A DNA stretch of 64,000 nucleotides from Moniliella sp. 'wahieum' (lineage: Eukaryota), in assembly GCA_003971905.1 (NCBI GenBank), contig RSEE01000007.1:806001-870000 (forward strand), read 5' to 3'. Of this stretch, positions 60,584 through 64,000 are shown one piece after another; within the stretch, counting starts at the first letter, position 1; each line of letters begins with the position of its first letter. The position numbers were made by a program, and so were the translations under genes. The notes under the pieces were generated by a model that was not told the DNA's origin, did no database searches, and saw only the letters and a program-made list of their open reading frames with translations.

Positions 60584-63433
60584 TTAGTCGTCCTGGCCGG
60601 GGAGTACCCCGACTCTGCAACGCCTCATACCTCAACAAGGGGTCCACCTCCTCCTGTTTCTTGGCGTGCACAGCACCAGCCATGGACAATCCTCGCAGCG
60701 TCCGATCTCCTTGGTGGTGTTTCGATCCATGAAACAGGGGGTTGAGTAGCCGCTTTTGCCTTTTTTCCTGGGTAACGCGATGAAGATCGCCAAGCCTTCC
60801 TTAGTGGTGGGATGGGGCTGATACAGAGGTGGCTTGGGGAAGCGGCCGCGAGACCCTGGTGTCGCTCACGAATGTAGCGCTCCAGCGCTTCGGGTTCTGC
60901 GCCAGCACCGTTCAATGTACCTCTCGCGCTCGTTGATAGCATCCACGTTGGGCAAGTACAGCCGACATCAGGGCACTGGCCTGGTTCGTGGTACGCAGCA
61001 GATGCTTGACTGCTGATTCGCTCAAGTCAGTGCGGCAAAGATGCCGTAGTCCACCTGGAACGATTGCATATCAGGCGGGACAACGAGGGGACCTTTGATA
61101 AGGTTTCCGTCCAACCAACGGTCCAAGTACACCTCAAACAATAAGTTGGACCGATATGCCCAGGTTCTGGGACCGCCGGCCTGGTCCACTCCTTGCCATA
61201 TCGAGTTCCTTCCATACGCCGTTTTAGCGAATTATCCTCCTCCTGGGCAACGTCACACCAGCTTGTCAGTGCGGGTCTCAAAATTGAGTATCAGGGACTG
61301 CTTGGGAAAGTGCTCAGTAGCCGAGATGAGGATGTTCTCCAGAACAGAGACCAGAATGCGGAACGCGCTCGAACAGATCGTCGGAACCGGTCAAAGTTTT
61401 GGCCAAATGTTCGCGGGACATATACTCAAACCCGAACACGGTTGCCGTGTTGTGGTAGCAAACAAAGATGCCGTCCATGCCTCCGATGCGGACTTGGAGG
61501 AGATACTTGAGCATCGTTGCGCGCATCATGTCAAACGTTTCCCGTTCATACGACTCGAGTAACCCTTTGGCTTGACGGATTTGGTACCCCGAGCCCTCAA
61601 GCCAGTTGGCCCTGTCCTTGCGAACTGCCACCACTGCGCGCGTCTTGAGGTCAAACGTGCGCCGGGGCAACCGAGGATCTTGGCAGTCGAGCTGGGAGCG
61701 CATCATTAACTTGCCCGCTTGGGTAAAGTGGTAGGCTTCTGCATTTTTGCGTTCTTCCTCCGACAAACGCCACGAATGCAAGCGCGAGTGTTTCTCAAAC
61801 TGTTCGGGCGTGGAGACAAGCATTGTCTCCATACTTTGCCCAGCGCTGACAAGACGTAGTTCTCCGCCGTATCACCCGTTTTGTTGTTGTCAATGCCATA
61901 TGTCTCAGTCGCACTGTCGTAGACTAACTTTACCGATGCGGGCAAGCGGGCCCCACGGTAAATCCACCAAGCTAAAAGAAGATGGGTTGTCAGTATCAGT
62001 AATCAGGACGGGGCAAAGTGCAAAATGAAAGGGAAAAGGACACACATTTTGCAACGCCTTGTAGTTGGATCCAAAGTTGGAAAAATCGGGAGGCTTCCAT
62101 CCCATGACGAGAAAGTAGATGTGGGACAGCAGCCTGTCATAGTCGAGGTCGATCCAAAGAATTTAGCCTTGTGTTTGACCGTGAGTGTTTTCAGCTGTGC
62201 GTCACGGGACGCAGTGATGTACTCGGTGCAGTGTCCGGGTCAAATAGGTCAAAATCGAGAATCTTGCGAATGCGTGGGTCGTAGTTGTAAATCTGGGTGC
62301 GAGGATCTTTTAGCCACGAGACACCCGGATTGAATAAGACACGGTCCAATCCGTGCGCAAGGCGCGGTGGCTCACTTGGTCAAGGGAGCCACCTCCTTCA
62401 ACTGTACTTCTTCGGGGACAATGGAACCCTTGCAATTCCACCGTTTAGGAGACGAAGCAGCCCTTTGTCGTTAATATTGACCTGTAAATGTTTGCCTGCA
62501 ATGGCATCGGCGCGAGTGAAAAGATGAGGCTTGGTGAGCATGGCTGGGCGTTCACGATAGACGTCGTAGAAGAGCGGCCGCTGGAGCGGACTGTTGCTCG
62601 TATAGCCCACGTCGCTGGGCGAAACAAAGCTATCGTCAAGGTTGTAGACCCCTGGGCCCGGAGAGTGTGGAAGACGCTCCAGTACGTTTCCGCACAGCGT
62701 TAATCGCGTCTTGGAGGCGCCTGTTGGCGTACGCTTCAAATTTTTGTTCGTCCTCGGGTGTATCGGAAGCGCCGGACGCTTCTTCTTCCAATCAGACGAG
62801 GAAGATGGCGATCTCGAAGTGTCTTCGGTTTCTCGGCTGCAGTCTTAGGCCGGCGGATTGAAGAGCCTGCTTCTGTACCGCCTCGAGTTGCTGTTGGGCC
62901 AACTTGATTTGGTCTTGTAGAGCTTCGACGTGTGGCAAGGGGGATGCATCCGTCCAGGATCGTGGTCGCATATCCAGTTTGGAAGCAAGGGGGCGAGAAA
63001 GCACTGGGCTCGGCTGGGAAGGGCCAGGGGCGATAGCCGCCTGAATGGCCGCATTAGATGCTTGCCTGGCACCGGAGGAAATGTTGTGAACTAATGGTCG
63101 TTTCTGGGGGGAGTGGCGATATTTAGGCGTGGGTGTGGGTGTGAGCTTGGCTTTGGGCGGGGACTTGAGATAAGGCTTGGACTTGGGCTTATCTGGAGCA
63201 TACGGGCGTGCGGTCGAGGGCGATGGGATGTCGGGGAAGGGGAAGAGGACGGGGAAGAGGAAGGGGAAGAGGCAGGAGAAGAGGAAGAAAAAAACGAATA
63301 GGAAGACGAGGACAAGGCCGCTCGACAGGCCGGCAGCGGGGCGACGCGAGCGCGTGGATGGGGGTGTCCGGAGCATGCGAAGGCCCATCTGCCTGCGGGA
63401 GCATGGCGGGCGCGCACCTCTTTGCCACAGCAT
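60584..63433 (-). CDS. PET127: Pet127 mitochondrial 5'-3' exoribonuclease, canonical copy 2
   Basis: Arg-rich presequence (MLWQRGAR..). HGLDRVLFNPGV, FFGSTSTMT, LGK(S)METML, AYHFTQAGKLMMRSQLDCQDPRLP..TFDLKTRAV, YERETFDMMRATMLKYLLQVRIGGMDGIFVCYHN..VFGFEY. Intron 61972-62045; ends approximate. Confidence 0.92.
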
Positions 63434-63707
63434 CGTGCTCACCCTCGTGTTGGTTGGACAGGCTGGAGCAGGCCAAGCGACACGCCGCTTGAGAAGGCGG
63501 ACAGCTCAGCGGCCCTGGGGCGGAAGGAAAAATGCGACTTTTATGATTCCGCCGGCCGTCTTCGCAAGCTAATTTAACTAGCCTGCTCTCTGAAATTGCA
63601 ACAAGCTGCTTCACGCTTCGGGCAAGAAAGAGCCTGCCATGGGCAAGTGACTGCCACCCGACCCCCCCCGACCCCCAAGGCCCCGAGCGCCCCCATCAGC
63701 CCCACCT

Positions 63708-64000
63708 ATGAGCGCCAGCTCGCTGGCCGAGCGCACCCGCCTGCTCACCACCGCCGACATCCTCCCCGCCCCCCTGGCGTGTCAGCGGCGACGATTGCGG
63801 CGCTTCGGATTGTGCTTTCCCTTGCCGGGCTTCCCTCCCACGACCGCCGCATCCTTGATCTTCGCCCCGTCGCCCTCTTTGCCCAAACCCACCTGTGCCA
63901 CAGCGTGAATGTACCGCAGGGGCCCGACGCGCTGGTCACCCGCTTCAGCTCTCTTCCGCCCCGCAACGTCCCGTTTGTCGTTCTGCCAGCGCCAGCACGA
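63708..64000 (+). CDS. 5' end of a hypothetical gene running off the window
   Basis: C-rich leader then ATG 63708 (MSASSLAERTRLLTTAD), divergent from PET127. No domain recognised. Confidence 0.35.

Noticed and set aside
1..64000. tRNA, rRNA, CRISPR arrays and transposons
   Set aside because: No cloverleaf, rRNA signature, repeat-spacer array, transposase/RT motif or terminal repeats were recognised by eye. tRNAscan-SE and RepeatMasker would be needed to exclude them fully.

Overview
GC-rich, gene-dense eukaryotic DNA from a basidiomycete fungus. The sparse, short (60-90 nt) GT-AG introns and the protein sequences suggest Ustilaginomycotina (inference). About 29 protein-coding genes can be supported: an SNM1/Artemis-like nuclease, VMA6, PET127-like, a GH88/105 hydrolase, G-alpha, PHB2, SEC14, SPO7, L2HGDH, IND1, a pathogen-related protein, a DnaJ protein, an MFS transporter, VMA3, a GCK kinase, KGD2, LEU2, SAL1, YOP1, ERD2, an RSC1/2-like protein, HIS5, second copies of VMA6 and PET127, and several orphans. 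Almost every gene has small frameshifts, often at homopolymers, so this is probably an unpolished long-read consensus; gene ends are approximate. No tRNA, rRNA, CRISPR array or transposase was recognised. Main finding: a convergent VMA6-><-PET127 cassette occurs twice about 55 kb apart. Both VMA6 copies are nearly identical as proteins, while one PET127 copy is strongly diverged and has lost the predicted PD-(D/E)xK catalytic acidic residues (candidate pseudo-nuclease). Other notable items are a KGD2 with two tandem lipoyl domains, an IND1 lacking the Fe-S-binding CxxC, an atypical G-alpha, and recurring intergenic motif arrays.
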